The notes: a model not told the origin generated them from the sequence alone. Counted from the stretch's first letter, positions 1 to 10,756 are shown. The stretch is 60,510 nt of DNA from an uncultured Candidatus Saccharibacteria bacterium (GCA_964457915.1 CAYWFM010000002.1:1-60510); one strand, 5' to 3'. A program made the numbers and translations.

Positions 1-62
1 GTGACGCAGTCCGCCCTGGACGAGCGAAAGTGGGCTTCGGTCCGACGCCGCCTTCACCGCTC

Positions 63-533
63 TTATAAAAACCGCCAAACGACAGGAAGGCGGCCCAAGA
101 AGGTTTTGCGCAAAAATCGAGAAAGGCCAAACGACTGCGCGGCTGGTATTGTTGCGATTACTATGAAGACCGCCAGCCAAATAATGTGCTCTTCGACAAT
201 GTAGCCATGAGGCACCTTCGGTAGATGGTACTGGGGGAAGTAGTATAGAAGCATGAGTATGGCGCCCGCCCATGCCGCAGGACGCACAAAAACTCCCAGC
301 AAAAGTGCGACACCAATGAGCAGCACGCCCCAGGCGTTTATCGGGTTTACCCACCAGAGCTGTGCTGGTTCAGCGAACCATGCATACAATGTAGGGAATG
401 TTTTTGCAGAGAGTAGGAACCCCTGCGCACTCCAGTTTGGTGTTGTGACCGCCAGATATCCATCAACCAACAAGTACCATCCCATCACGAGACGCAAGAG
501 TACGAGAGGTATTGAGGCTTTAGGAGTAGGCAT
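63..533 (-). CDS. DoxX-family integral membrane protein
   Basis: 156-aa ORF with about four hydrophobic helices. The sequence pattern (LVLLRLVMGWYLL, GVLLIGVALLLGVF) resembles the DoxX/DoxD family. The overlapping + ORF 1..204 is basic and low-complexity and is judged spurious. Confidence 0.6.
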   Translation of the reverse strand: MPTPKASIPLVLLRLVMGWYLLVDGYLAVTTPNWSAQGFLLSAKTFPTLYAWFAEPAQLWWVNPINAWGVLLIGVALLLGVFVRPAAWAGAILMLLYYFPQYHLPKVPHGYIVEEHIIWLAVFIVIATIPAAQSFGLSRFLRKTFLGRLPVVWRFL

Positions 534-600
534 ACAAAGCGCAAACGAGCACGCATACTTATAGTACTACTGAAATAAAATTGTATGCCATACTTGTGCT

Positions 601-1857
601 ATGCACGCGGTGTTTATTACCAGCAATAAACGCTATTTTGATCCAGCAAGTGTAGAGCGGCAATTTTTACTCATGCTCAGTGAGGTATATAGCACCCTGC
701 ACACGGTCGTTCTCACGCGGCCTGGGTATGCGATTGAGCAGGTTAACGATCACACCTGGTTGTACCCAACAAACACTTATCTGCCAGGCATGCGATACTT
801 CGATGCGCTCTATGTGGTGCGCAAACAGGTGGCATGGGGAGGCCAACTATATGCCGACGTTATTATTTCTGATGACCCATTTGTCTCGGGGTGGGTGGGT
901 TTAAAGTTGGCTAGTACGTATGACCGTGCATGGCTCGTGCATGTATACGACTTTTATTGGAAGCGTCCGCTGCGTAAGCGACTCTTCCGCTGGCCAGCGC
1001 TCCCACTGAGTGCGGTACTTGAGGGAGCGACACGCATATGTGTCTTCTCCAATCGTGCACAAATCTATCTTGAGAGTGCCGCGAATGAAACCCAAAAAGA
1101 AAAACTCCGCTCGATGCCTGAGGTATATACGCAAAACCAACAGACAGTGCAACCGATTGATTTGAAGGTTCGCTACCCAGAATTTAATTTCACCCTAACG
1201 GCCTTTGTCCCACGCAGTAGGCGAGCACTGGATGCTCTCATGGGGGCGCTCGCCCTACTTCGGCTGCGGTATCCAAAGGCAGGGCTCATACTGTTCTCAT
1301 CGACAAAGGATGAGCGTAGATGTCTGCGCCGAGCGCGCGAGTATCAGCAAGAATCGTGGGTGCGGTATCTTAAAGTTGAACCCAACACCTTCCCGTTTAC
1401 GCAGGCGAATGTTTTTATATATCTCAACGAAAGCGAGGAGGAAGATGTGATTATCATTCGCGCTGCTGCCGCGTCGTGTCCCATTATTGCTCGCACCAGC
1501 CCCATTTCGCAAAAAATTATAGAGGATAGGGTAAACGGATTGTTTGTTGCTGATCGACAACCTCGCACTCTCAGTGACGCGGTGCGCACCTTTAACGAAA
1601 TGCCAGGCTGGCGCGAGCGTTTCCATGTGAACGCGAGCATGTATGTTGAAAATCTTGTCGTTCCTTCACATGAGCGTATGGTGGAGCTGCTGCGAGCGGC
1701 GGGCACGTTCCCGTACGAGACACATCCACCACTACCTCCCAAACCCGAGCACGAGCTGTTTAGTAATTTAACGCGAACACCCACACTCTGGGAGCGCGTG
1801 CAGTCTTTTTTGAAAAGCAAAAGCACTAAAGGTCCTCCTAAGCGCCCCCAACTATAA
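601..1857 (+). CDS. glycosyltransferase (GT-B, family 1-like)
   Basis: 418-aa ORF. The C-terminal half has the GT1-like pattern (NVFIYLNESEEEDVIIIRAAAASCPIIARTSPISQKIIEDRVNGLFV). Confidence 0.6.
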   Translation: MHAVFITSNKRYFDPASVERQFLLMLSEVYSTLHTVVLTRPGYAIEQVNDHTWLYPTNTYLPGMRYFDALYVVRKQVAWGGQLYADVIISDDPFVSGWVGLKLASTYDRAWLVHVYDFYWKRPLRKRLFRWPALPLSAVLEGATRICVFSNRAQIYLESAANETQKEKLRSMPEVYTQNQQTVQPIDLKVRYPEFNFTLTAFVPRSRRALDALMGALALLRLRYPKAGLILFSSTKDERRCLRRAREYQQESWVRYLKVEPNTFPFTQANVFIYLNESEEEDVIIIRAAAASCPIIARTSPISQKIIEDRVNGLFVADRQPRTLSDAVRTFNEMPGWRERFHVNASMYVENLVVPSHERMVELLRAAGTFPYETHPPLPPKPEHELFSNLTRTPTLWERVQSFLKSKSTKGPPKRPQL

Positions 1858-1858
1858 G

Positions 1859-2494
1859 TTACTCAGTGTGGGCGAGGGTGAGGAGGATAACTTCACGCGC
1901 TCCCGCACCGGCAAGAGCGCGCGCCGCCTCCGCGAGCGTTGCTCCAGTGGTGGCAACATCGTCGAGCACTATGCACACACGATTGTGTACGAGAGCGGTG
2001 TTGGTGGTGGACATGCTATGCCGCACGTTGCGTCGGCGCATATACTCAGGGAGACCTTGTTGCGGGGTGGTGTGTACGGTGCGCGCCAAAAGAGTAGGTA
2101 CATACGCTACGGGCAAGAGTGGATTAGCACGCAGTGCTGCTTTGCAGAGCAGTTCTGTTTGATTGTGCCCACGCTCCTTGCGGCGTTTTGTGTGCATGGG
2201 TATAGGTACCAAAAGTGGAGTGCCTAACGATTCGCTCGCCGCTTCGAGTATGCGCTCAGCCAAGAGTTCGCCGCACAGTGCTAGGGCGTGAGCGTTTGCA
2301 TAGTATTTTATCTCCCACACGAGAGCGCGCACGAGAGGGTCATGGTAAGGCAGGGCTCCCGAGGCTGCTGGGCGTATGGCTAGAAGATCTTCGAGGGTGA
2401 GAGAGCGCACCAAACGCTCAGAGGTGCGCGGCGGCAGCACCATGTCCAAAAAGGACACTATGTGTGAGCGCAGCCGGTTAAAACGGGCACGCAT
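1859..2494 (-). CDS. comF: ComF-family phosphoribosyltransferase-like protein
   Basis: 211-aa ORF with a C-terminal PRTase motif (VCIVLDDVATTGATLAEAARAL) typical of ComFC/GntX. It lies divergent to the pilus locus. Confidence 0.7.
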   Translation of the reverse strand: MRARFNRLRSHIVSFLDMVLPPRTSERLVRSLTLEDLLAIRPAASGALPYHDPLVRALVWEIKYYANAHALALCGELLAERILEAASESLGTPLLVPIPMHTKRRKERGHNQTELLCKAALRANPLLPVAYVPTLLARTVHTTPQQGLPEYMRRRNVRHSMSTTNTALVHNRVCIVLDDVATTGATLAEAARALAGAGAREVILLTLAHTE

Positions 2495-2525
2495 AATGCT
2501 ATACTAGTACCATACATTCTCTCAT

Positions 2526-3614
2526 ATGGCATTCTCATTCCAGTCACTCTTTTCCTCAGGCACGCAAAGCGTCGTTGGTATCGACATAGGAACTTCTGCT
2601 ATCAAGGTGGTCCAATTAAAGCGCGAGCGCGGCCACGTGCTCTTGGAGACGTACGGCGCCATAGCGCTTGGCCCCTATGCAGGGCTTGAAATTGGTCGTG
2701 CAACCTCACTCTCGGCTGACAAGATAAGCGAAGCACTCACCGATGTTTTGCGCGAGGCAAATGTGACAACCAAAAACGCGGCGCTTTCTATCCCGTACTC
2801 CTCGAGCCTTATTACCGTGTTGAAGTTGCCCGCCTCTATTGAAAAACAATTGAGCGCAGTGGTCCCCATAGAAGCGCGCAAATATATACCAGTGCCCATT
2901 AATGAGGTAATGCTTGACTGGTTTGTCGTGGGAACCGACAAGGAAAAGGCTGCGACTTCTAAAATTGAGGTTCTTCTGGTGGCCATCCACAATGACACTA
3001 TCTCTAAGTTTCGCTCTATAGGCGCTAGTGCGGGGCTACAGGTTGGTTTTTTTGAAATAGAAGTGTTTTCGTCGGTGCGCGCAGCGCTTGAGCACGGTAT
3101 CGCGCCCATTGCCGTTGTTGATATGGGCGCGGGCACGACAAAGTTTTATGTGGTGGAGCGGGGGCTCGTCCGCGAAAGCCATATTATAAGCCAAGGGAGT
3201 CAAGATCTTACCCTTGCGGCTTCACGCGCGCTTAATATTCCAGTTACCCAGGCAGAGGAGTGGAAGCGTCGCTTTGGCCTTGGCCCTACCAATGGCATAA
3301 CTGAAACGCAGGCAAGTCTCGCCGATTCGCTCCAGCTCTCACTCTCGCCGCTTGTCTCAGAGCTCGCACGAACCGTCGCAGCCTATGAGACTCGCATGAA
3401 TCAATCAATAAGTGAGTTAGTGCTTACCGGGGGTGGGGCTGGGCTCAAGGGTCTCCAAGACTTTGCACAAAAAAACATTTCAACCCCGGTACGTTTAGCT
3501 GATCCTTTTTCAAAAACACAGACGCCCGCGTTTCTTGAGCAAATTTTAAAAGAGGCCGGCCCAGAGTTTTCTGTTGCGGTGGGGCTCGCTTTGCGTCGGT
3601 TGCAAGAAATATAG
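2526..3614 (+). CDS. pilM: type IV pilus assembly protein PilM
   Basis: 362 aa with an actin-like ATPase N-terminus (VVGIDIGTSAIKVVQLKRE). It is the first gene of the pilMNO-BTC order. Confidence 0.85.
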   Translation: MAFSFQSLFSSGTQSVVGIDIGTSAIKVVQLKRERGHVLLETYGAIALGPYAGLEIGRATSLSADKISEALTDVLREANVTTKNAALSIPYSSSLITVLKLPASIEKQLSAVVPIEARKYIPVPINEVMLDWFVVGTDKEKAATSKIEVLLVAIHNDTISKFRSIGASAGLQVGFFEIEVFSSVRAALEHGIAPIAVVDMGAGTTKFYVVERGLVRESHIISQGSQDLTLAASRALNIPVTQAEEWKRRFGLGPTNGITETQASLADSLQLSLSPLVSELARTVAAYETRMNQSISELVLTGGGAGLKGLQDFAQKNISTPVRLADPFSKTQTPAFLEQILKEAGPEFSVAVGLALRRLQEI

Positions 3615-3673
3615 TGTGCCGTGTGTGGATTGTTTATGGGGTAACCCATGTTATGGGGGTATACTGGTAGGGC

Positions 3674-4393
3674 ATGGATGTCCCGGTGACGCCTCCGTCG
3701 TTCATACCTAAAAAACCTGTAACCAACTCTGCCCGCATGGGCGGCTCTCGAGCAATGGGTATGGTTATATTCTTTTTTGGTCTTTTGGTTTTTATTGCTT
3801 CTTGCGCAGGAGCGGGTATCGCCTTTTTTGCGCAACAGTATCTCACCAAGCAAATAAGTGACAAGAGCGCTCAACTAGAGCACGACCAAACAACCTTTGA
3901 TTTGCCGGCTATAGAGGATCTGGCACGACTGGATGCGCGTATGAAAAATGCAGAGTCGCTTATGCAGCGGCACTATACCGCAATGACGCCGCTCATATAT
4001 CTTGGTGACCAAACGCTCCAGACGGTACAGTTTACCGACTATAAGTATGCCGTCGATCCTGAAGGGGGAGCAAAAATAACGCTTGCCGGTATAGCGAATA
4101 GTTTTGGCACCGTGGCGCTTCAAAGCGATCAGTTCGGCGCGAGTGATAAATTGCAGGATGTTGTGTTTTCAAATATTCAGCAAGATTCGAGTGGTAAAAT
4201 GATTACGTTTACGGTCACCGCAAAGCTCGATCAGCCACTCACCAGCTATGCAGCGAGCCTTGGTACACAAACGGGGGTCCTCAGTGCAACCACTACCGCA
4301 GCAACCTCAACACCGGGCCTCTTGGCACCGCCACCTATGCCATCCACAACCTCGAGTACTTCTTCTGCCGCTTCGACCACAAAATTACGATAA
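3674..4393 (+). CDS. pilN: PilN-like pilus assembly membrane protein
   Basis: 239 aa with a single N-terminal TM helix (MVIFFFGLLVFIASCAGAGIAFF), an extracytoplasmic domain and an S/T/P-rich tail. The assignment rests partly on its position directly after pilM. Confidence 0.55.
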   Translation: MDVPVTPPSFIPKKPVTNSARMGGSRAMGMVIFFFGLLVFIASCAGAGIAFFAQQYLTKQISDKSAQLEHDQTTFDLPAIEDLARLDARMKNAESLMQRHYTAMTPLIYLGDQTLQTVQFTDYKYAVDPEGGAKITLAGIANSFGTVALQSDQFGASDKLQDVVFSNIQQDSSGKMITFTVTAKLDQPLTSYAASLGTQTGVLSATTTAATSTPGLLAPPPMPSTTSSTSSAASTTKLR

Positions 4394-4395
4394 CT

Positions 4396-4959
4396 ATGCT
4401 ACGTCTATTTCTTCCCATTCTTCTTGTCGGCAGCGCTATAGCACTTTTTGTGCTGTATACCAATCCAACCTACCAGAAGATCAAAGGACTTTCTCTGCAG
4501 AATAAATCCTATTCTGAAGCTCTTGATAATGCGAAACACTTGATCCAAGCTCGCAATGATCTACTCGCAAAGCGTGATGGTTTTCAGGCCTCCGACCTAG
4601 ACAAGCTAAAGCATATTTTGCCAGACAATGTCGATAATATCCGTCTCATAATTGATGTAAACAATATCGCCTCACGCCACGGACTCTCTCTTTCGAATGT
4701 CACACTGGGTAATTTGGATAAAAACGGGGACAATCCTGCAGACACCGGGGCGACCTTAGGGAGCAAAACAGGGTCGGTAGATGTGGGCTTTGCAGTGTCG
4801 ACCAATAATTACGACACTTTCATAGCGTTCCTCCAAGATCTTGAGCACAGCTTGCGCCTACTTGATGTTATGAGTCTTAATTTTTCAGCTGCAAAAAGTG
4901 ATGGAGCGACTAACGCAACCCTCTACACTTTTACGGTGCGTACCTATTGGCTACACTAA
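4396..4959 (+). CDS. pilO: PilO-like pilus assembly membrane protein
   Basis: 187 aa with an N-terminal TM helix (LFLPILLVGSAIALFVLY) followed by a coiled-coil-like segment. It starts 3 nt after the previous stop. Confidence 0.55.
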   Translation: MLRLFLPILLVGSAIALFVLYTNPTYQKIKGLSLQNKSYSEALDNAKHLIQARNDLLAKRDGFQASDLDKLKHILPDNVDNIRLIIDVNNIASRHGLSLSNVTLGNLDKNGDNPADTGATLGSKTGSVDVGFAVSTNNYDTFIAFLQDLEHSLRLLDVMSLNFSAAKSDGATNATLYTFTVRTYWLH

Positions 4960-4962
4960 ATT

Positions 4963-5298
4963 ATGCTAACTTTTCTTAAAGAAAATATGGTGTTCAGTAT
5001 CATCGCACTCGTGGCAGTGTTGGGTGGCGGATACTATTTCCTTTTTAGACAAACGGGCGCAGGCCCCGTGCTTACGAGTAGTGAAATAGCCACCCCGGAG
5101 TCTCAATTAATTTTGCAACAGCTCGCCAGTTTGCAGGGGATACACCTAGATGATGCGGTCTTTAAAGATCCGGTATTTCTTTCACTTACCGACTTTGGGG
5201 TTGTGTTGAAGTCAGAGCCGGTTGGCCGACGCAACCCATTCCAGCCCATTTCATTTGCTCCGTCAGCCAATCAACTGCCCCTGCCTGGGAAGAAATAA
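4963..5298 (+). CDS. small pilus-locus membrane protein (PilP-like)
   Basis: 111 aa with an N-terminal TM helix and a C-terminal GRRNPFQP motif reminiscent of PilP/GspC (R-D/N-P-F). It is tightly packed between the pilO-like gene and pilB. Confidence 0.45.
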   Translation: MLTFLKENMVFSIIALVAVLGGGYYFLFRQTGAGPVLTSSEIATPESQLILQQLASLQGIHLDDAVFKDPVFLSLTDFGVVLKSEPVGRRNPFQPISFAPSANQLPLPGKK

Positions 5299-5303
5299 AA
5301 AGT

Positions 5304-7136
5304 ATGGACTTGCTCGCTATACTAGAGCAAAACGGCGTTGTGAGCCGTGAGCTTGCTGCTACGTTGCAAACACAATTAAGCGCGCCAGGCGTATCCGCCG
5401 AGTCGGTACTGGTAGCAGCTGGTGTGCCGCTCAATGAGATCCTCAAAGCAAAAGGGCAGTATTTTGGCGTGCCAACTCGAGAGTTGGGTAATAAACCGAT
5501 AGCCTTTGAAATACTTCGGTATATACCGGAGGAGAGTGCTCGGTACTACCACTTCGCGCCCCTCGCGATAACCGAGGGCGTCCTTGAGGTTGGGGTGACT
5601 GACCCAGACAATCTTGAGGCACGCGATGCACTCACCTTCATTTCGGCAAAAATAGGCATGCCGTATAAGATTTTTCTTATCACCGACAGTGATTTTGAAA
5701 AACTCTTGACCCAGTATAAGGGGCTTTCAGGAGAAGTGGGGAAGGCGCTCTCCGAGCTTGATGTTGAACTCACGGTTGATGATGCGCCTAAAAAAAGGAA
5801 TCTCATGGAGGATGAGATCACTGAGACCGAAGCTGAGGCTATCACCTCAGATGCTCCGGTAACCAAAATTGTGGCAACTATTTTGCGTCATGCCTTTGAA
5901 CAGCGTGCTTCTGACATTCATGTTGAGCCGCTCGTCGACCAAACTCGTGTGCGGTTTCGTATCGACGGTGTGCTCTCGACAAACACCACCCTTCCAGGTC
6001 AGGTGCACAGCCAGGTGGTCGCTCGCATTAAGGTGCTCGGCAATATGCGTCTTGATGAAAAACGAAAACCACAAGACGGTCGCTTTTCTGCGCGCGTGGG
6101 CGGCAACAAGGTAGATTTTCGTGTTTCAACTTTCCCTACCTACTACGGAGAGAAGGTGGTGATGCGTATTTTGGGTTCGGCGGCAAAACTCTTGCGGCTC
6201 GAGGATTTGGGCTATACCAAGCGCAGTCTTGAGTTGGTGCGCACTGCGATTAAAAAACCATACGGTCTCATACTGGTCTCAGGTCCTACGGGCTCGGGTA
6301 AATCAACCTCGCTCTACGCGATTCTCAATGAGATAGATCGTGAGCGGCAAAATGTGCTCTCGCTTGAAGATCCAGTTGAATACACCATCCCGGGCGTGGC
6401 TCAGTCGCAGGTGCGGCCTGAAATTGGATACACCTTTGCGAACGGTTTGCGCACCACACTGCGCCAAGACCCAAATGTCATCATGGTCGGCGAGATTCGC
6501 GACAGTGAAACGGCCAATTTGGCAGTGCAAGCAGCACTCACCGGCCACTTGGTTCTCTCGACCATCCACACCAACAACTCTATTGGTATTGTGCCGCGCC
6601 TTCTTGATATGGGTGTCGAGCCGTACCTCATCCCCCCGGTACTTATTTTGGGTATGGCACAACGTCTCGTAAAAACACTTGCGCCCGGCGGCGGCAAGAA
6701 GGTCCCCGTGGATAATTCAACAAAGGCTATGTTTGATGAGGAATTTAAAGATTTGCCGGTGGAGTTTCGCAAAGACCTCCCGTCGCTTGCTGAAGTACAC
6801 ATGCCACTGCCAACAGCAGAGTACCCAACAGGCCTCCAGGGGCGCATCGCGGTCACTGAAATGTTTGCGATGAATCAAGAACTTGAGCGTGCAATACTTG
6901 ATCGAAAAACCGAGGAAGAAATGTTCGCTACTGTGCGTAAGCAGGGTATGCTCACCATGAAGGAAGATGCTATCATAAAAGCCACGCAAGGGGTGGTGCC
7001 GTTTACTGAAGTGAACTCGCTTGGTGGTACATACGATTTAGCAGATGAAGAGGTTGTGCCAGCGGAGCCCGCTGCACAATCAACAAGCGTTGCACCTGCG
7101 CCCGCCGTGGATAAAACGAAAGAAATAGAAATTTAA
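5304..7136 (+). CDS. pilB: type IV pilus assembly (extension) ATPase PilB/GspE family
   Basis: 610 aa with a GspE N-terminal domain, Walker A SGPTGSGKSTSL, and Asp box/Walker B (LRQDPNVIMVGEIRD). Confidence 0.9.
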   Translation: MDLLAILEQNGVVSRELAATLQTQLSAPGVSAESVLVAAGVPLNEILKAKGQYFGVPTRELGNKPIAFEILRYIPEESARYYHFAPLAITEGVLEVGVTDPDNLEARDALTFISAKIGMPYKIFLITDSDFEKLLTQYKGLSGEVGKALSELDVELTVDDAPKKRNLMEDEITETEAEAITSDAPVTKIVATILRHAFEQRASDIHVEPLVDQTRVRFRIDGVLSTNTTLPGQVHSQVVARIKVLGNMRLDEKRKPQDGRFSARVGGNKVDFRVSTFPTYYGEKVVMRILGSAAKLLRLEDLGYTKRSLELVRTAIKKPYGLILVSGPTGSGKSTSLYAILNEIDRERQNVLSLEDPVEYTIPGVAQSQVRPEIGYTFANGLRTTLRQDPNVIMVGEIRDSETANLAVQAALTGHLVLSTIHTNNSIGIVPRLLDMGVEPYLIPPVLILGMAQRLVKTLAPGGGKKVPVDNSTKAMFDEEFKDLPVEFRKDLPSLAEVHMPLPTAEYPTGLQGRIAVTEMFAMNQELERAILDRKTEEEMFATVRKQGMLTMKEDAIIKATQGVVPFTEVNSLGGTYDLADEEVVPAEPAAQSTSVAPAPAVDKTKEIEI

Positions 7137-7137
7137 C

Positions 7138-8199
7138 ATGGATTACAAGACTCGATTAGCGACACTCGTAGAATCGCTGCTCGCCCAAGGGGCGAGCGAC
7201 TTACACCTTAACGTGGGGCTCCCGCCCATTATCCGTACTTCTGGCGTGCTCACCCCGATTCTCTCTGAGCCGGCGCTTACAAACGAAGACGTAATCGGTC
7301 TGCTTAATGAAATGCTGCTGCCCGCACACAAGGAGCGTTTTGCGCACACACAGGAAATAGATTTCTCGTGGGCATATGCTGACCGCGGCCGTTTTCGAGG
7401 TAACGGGTTTATTGAGCGTGGTAATTATGCTGCTGCGCTGCGCCTTATCCCTAAGAAAATTCCCACTATTGCAGAGTTGGGGCTCCCGCCCATTGTTGAG
7501 CAGTTCGCATCGCGTCGTCAGGGATTCTTTTTGGTTGTGGGGCCAGTGGGGCAAGGGAAAACAACCACACTCGCCTCGCTGATTGAAAAAATTAACACGG
7601 AGCGGGCTGAGCAGATTGTCACCATTGAAGACCCTATCGAATATCTGTTTGAAAATAAGCGCTCGGTCATTTCGCAGCGCGAGGTGCGGGTGGATACGCA
7701 GAGTTTTGAAAACGCACTCGAGTCAGTCTTTCGTGAAGACGTGAACATCATCATGATTGGTGAAATGCGCACACCAGAGACCATGTCAACGGCGGTGCGC
7801 GCCGCTGAAACTGGCCACCTCGTCTACTCGACACTTCACACCAACAACGCCGCGCAAAGTATCGACCGTATTATCGACTCATTTCCTCCCAATCAGCAGG
7901 ACCAAATTCGCATTCAGCTCGCAGCATCGCTGGTTGGTATATTCTCGCAGCGTCTTATCCCGCGCGTCTCCGGTGGGCTCGTGCCTGCCTGCGAGCTCCT
8001 CATCAACAATAACGCAGTAGCCAACCTCATCCGTGAAAAGCGAACGCATGAAATCCAAACAGTCATCGAGACGGGCGCTGAGCAGGGGATGATAGACATG
8101 AACCGTTCGCTCGCCGACCTCGTGCGCTCCGGAGAAATCACGGTTGAGAACGCCTACGCGCGCTCATGGAACGTAAAGATGCTCGAGCGTCTTCTCTAA
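7138..8199 (+). CDS. pilT: twitching-motility (retraction) ATPase PilT
   Basis: 353 aa with Walker A GPVGQGKTTT plus REDVNIIMIGEMR and HLVYSTLHTN. The size and motifs are typical of PilT. Confidence 0.9.
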   Translation: MDYKTRLATLVESLLAQGASDLHLNVGLPPIIRTSGVLTPILSEPALTNEDVIGLLNEMLLPAHKERFAHTQEIDFSWAYADRGRFRGNGFIERGNYAAALRLIPKKIPTIAELGLPPIVEQFASRRQGFFLVVGPVGQGKTTTLASLIEKINTERAEQIVTIEDPIEYLFENKRSVISQREVRVDTQSFENALESVFREDVNIIMIGEMRTPETMSTAVRAAETGHLVYSTLHTNNAAQSIDRIIDSFPPNQQDQIRIQLAASLVGIFSQRLIPRVSGGLVPACELLINNNAVANLIREKRTHEIQTVIETGAEQGMIDMNRSLADLVRSGEITVENAYARSWNVKMLERLL

Positions 8200-8203
8200 A
8201 CGT

Positions 8204-9418
8204 ATGGAATTTACCTATGAAGCACTCGATAGTCAGGGTAAGACACAAGGTGGCGTCGTAAACGCGACAAGCCAAGAAGCTGCCATAGCCTCACTGCAGG
8301 CAAAGGGTTTTACCATTACCGCGATATCAAACCCTGAGGAGGTAGGTATACAAAAATATCTCAGCAATATCCCGTTTTTCACCGGAGTATCACAAAAAGA
8401 TGTGGTGATGCTCTCACGCCAAATCTCGACACTCTTTGAGGCACAGGTGTCTGCGCTGCGCGTCTTCCGCATGCTCTCTGAGCAGGCTGAAAAGCCCGCG
8501 CTGCGCTTCATCTTGGCAGATGTTGGTGACAATTTGCAGTCGGGTACAAGCATCTCAGATGCGCTCATGCGCCACCAAGATGTGTTTTCAAGTTTTTACG
8601 TCAACATGGTGCGCGCCGGCGAGGAGTCGGGTAAGCTCGACCAGACATTCCAATTTTTGGCAGATTATATCGAGCGCTCCTACGAGCTCACCAGTAAAGC
8701 GCGCAACGCGCTTGTCTACCCAGCCTTCATTATGGCGACGTTTGTCGCGGTGATGACGCTCATGCTCACCGTTGTTATCCCAAAGATTGGAGAAATTCTC
8801 GAAGGGGATGGTCAGCAGCTCCCTATATATACCCAAATCATCCTAGGATTGAGTCATTTTTTGGTTGACTACGGTATTTTCGTGTTCATAGCACTTATCG
8901 TCGGTGGCTACTTTCTCTACCGCTACAGCAAAACCCCCCAAGGCTCGCTTGGGCTTAGTCACTTCAGGCTCAGTATTCCGTATATCGGCAGCTTGTATCG
9001 CAAGCTCTACCTAGCTCGCTTTTGCGACAACATGAACGTCATGCTCTCCTCGGGTATTACAGCGGTGCGTGCACTTGAAATTACCTCGACCGTTATAGAA
9101 AACGATCTTTACTCACAAATTTTGCTCGAGGCGCTCGAAGGGGTGAAGGCAGGTAACACCATGTCCTCAATGCTCGCACGATATCCAGCAGAGATGCCCG
9201 TGATTCTGATTCAGATGCTTCAAATTGGAGAAGAAACAGGGGAGATGAGCAATATTTTGCAGCGTTTGGCAAAGTTTTATAATCGCGAGGTTAATGCTGC
9301 CGTTGATACGCTCGTCTCACTCATTGAACCTGCCCTCATCATCCTGCTCGCCCTGGGGGTTGGCTTCTTGCTTGCATCGGTGCTGCTCCCAATTTACAAC
9401 TCAACAACAAGTATTTAA
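8204..9418 (+). CDS. pilC: type IV pilus platform protein PilC (GspF family)
   Basis: 404-aa polytopic protein with two GspF-type repeats. Confidence 0.9.
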   Translation: MEFTYEALDSQGKTQGGVVNATSQEAAIASLQAKGFTITAISNPEEVGIQKYLSNIPFFTGVSQKDVVMLSRQISTLFEAQVSALRVFRMLSEQAEKPALRFILADVGDNLQSGTSISDALMRHQDVFSSFYVNMVRAGEESGKLDQTFQFLADYIERSYELTSKARNALVYPAFIMATFVAVMTLMLTVVIPKIGEILEGDGQQLPIYTQIILGLSHFLVDYGIFVFIALIVGGYFLYRYSKTPQGSLGLSHFRLSIPYIGSLYRKLYLARFCDNMNVMLSSGITAVRALEITSTVIENDLYSQILLEALEGVKAGNTMSSMLARYPAEMPVILIQMLQIGEETGEMSNILQRLAKFYNREVNAAVDTLVSLIEPALIILLALGVGFLLASVLLPIYNSTTSI

Positions 9419-9541
9419 GGAGAAGGCCGCCGAGCGGCTCCCTGTTATCCACACGAAGAGGGGTGGGGTGTCGCTAAGGGTCGTATACTAGTAGTGTCTG
9501 CGCTTTCATTATTAAGCAGATTAATAGTTATTAATTGATTT

Positions 9542-10069
9542 ATGCATAAATCTGTTACAAAGGGCTTCACCCTTATCGAACTCTTGGTGGTTATCGCCAT
9601 CATCGGTATTTTGGCCTCCATCGTGCTTGTGTCTCTTAACAGCGCTCGTACCAAGAGTCGTGATGCAAACCGCGTCGCCTCCCTCGGTGAAATGGCAAAA
9701 GCTATCCAGGTTGCTGATATTGACCCAGCACCAGCAATTACCGGTTGTACAACCGCTGGTGCAAAGGCAAATACCTGCACAGGTCCAACTCCAGTTGCTT
9801 TCTCCAATTATGGCGATCCATCAGTGGGTACTGGTGGTACTGCTTGCGCCGTTGCTACAGCTGCAACAGCAGGTTCAGCGGCTTGCCAATATTCGATTGG
9901 TCAGGCTGGTACCGCGGGTGCAGCATTCGTTGCAGCTCCAACTACGCAGAACTATCGCATCTGCAGCATTCTTGAAGGCGGCAATACTTCATACGGCGGT
10001 ACGGCGGCTACCTTTGGTGCAGTCCACGTAGGTTCTGATACCGGAGGTTCGGTCATCGCAGGCTGCTAA
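9542..10069 (+). CDS. type IV pilin, paralog 1 (candidate major pilin)
   Basis: Class III signal MHKSVTKG|[24 protein letters not shown] (the Glu5 equivalent is present). It has its own terminator at 10091-10127 and a C-terminal [12 protein letters not shown]. Confidence 0.9.
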   Translation: MHKSVTKGFTLIELLVVIAIIGILASIVLVSLNSARTKSRDANRVASLGEMAKAIQVADIDPAPAITGCTTAGAKANTCTGPTPVAFSNYGDPSVGTGGTACAVATAATAGSAACQYSIGQAGTAGAAFVAAPTTQNYRICSILEGGNTSYGGTAATFGAVHVGSDTGGSVIAGC

Positions 10070-10090
10070 TCTCGTCCTTTCTGGTGTTGT

Positions 10091-10127
10091 AGAAATCCCC
10101 AGCTCAAAGCTGGGGATTTCTATTTTT
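10091..10127 (+). terminator. rho-independent terminator after pilin 1
   Basis: Hairpin AGAAATCCCCAGC-TCAA-GCTGGGGATTTCT followed by ATTTTT. Confidence 0.8.
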
Positions 10128-10190
10128 GAGGTACAATTATGTGCGAAGGTCTCCGTTCATCTCGTATTATTTGGTGACTATTAATTATGT

Positions 10191-10742
10191 ATGCATAAAT
10201 CTGTTACAAAGGGCTTCACCCTTATCGAACTCTTGGTGGTTATCGCCATCATCGGTATTTTGGCCTCCATCGTGCTTGTGTCTCTTAACAGCGCTCGACA
10301 GAAAAGCCGTGATGCTGCGCGTGTTGCGTCTCTAAAAGAAATGGCTAAAGCTATGCAAGTTGCTGATGCTGATCCAGCCCCGTCTCCTACCGGTTGCTAC
10401 ACCAGTGGTACGCGGTATGTGAATGCAAACGGCTGTAAGGGCCCAGTCCCTATAGTGTTTGGTAAGTACTCTGACCCTACTGTGGGTGGTTCAGGAACGG
10501 TCTGTCAGGGTACTGCGGGTACAATATCTACCGCGCCTTGTCAGTATGCTATTTCTAAAGTAGACGGAACGGCACCAACTACAAACACAGCTGGTACTGC
10601 AACTTCTATCACCACACAGAGCTGGGAGATTTGTACTCTTCTTGAAACAGGTAATGTTACCTATGGTGGTGCTATCGCAACCAACGGTATGGTGCGTGTA
10701 GGTTCAGACACAGGAGGTGCTGTCCGTGCGGGGTGCAATTAA
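10191..10742 (+). CDS. type IV pilin, paralog 2
   Basis: The first 107 nt are identical to pilin 1 (9542-9648 = 10191-10297). The centre is divergent and the C-terminus ([13 protein letters not shown]) is conserved. Confidence 0.9.
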   Translation: MHKSVTKGFTLIELLVVIAIIGILASIVLVSLNSARQKSRDAARVASLKEMAKAMQVADADPAPSPTGCYTSGTRYVNANGCKGPVPIVFGKYSDPTVGGSGTVCQGTAGTISTAPCQYAISKVDGTAPTTNTAGTATSITTQSWEICTLLETGNVTYGGAIATNGMVRVGSDTGGAVRAGCN

Positions 10743-10756
10743 TCTCTGTGTAAATC

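Noticed and set aside
1-204. ORF 1-204 (+), 67 aa, at the window edge.
   Set aside because: It is highly basic and low-complexity, and it lies antisense to the well-formed DoxX-like membrane ORF (63-533, minus strand). It is most likely a shadow ORF.
9627-10031. Alternative-frame ORFs within pilin 1 (9627-10031 and 9745-9975), plus the antisense ORF 9445-9807.
   Set aside because: The pilin frame has a canonical class III signal peptide, an RBS-compatible start and a terminator. The alternatives are low-complexity frame shadows.
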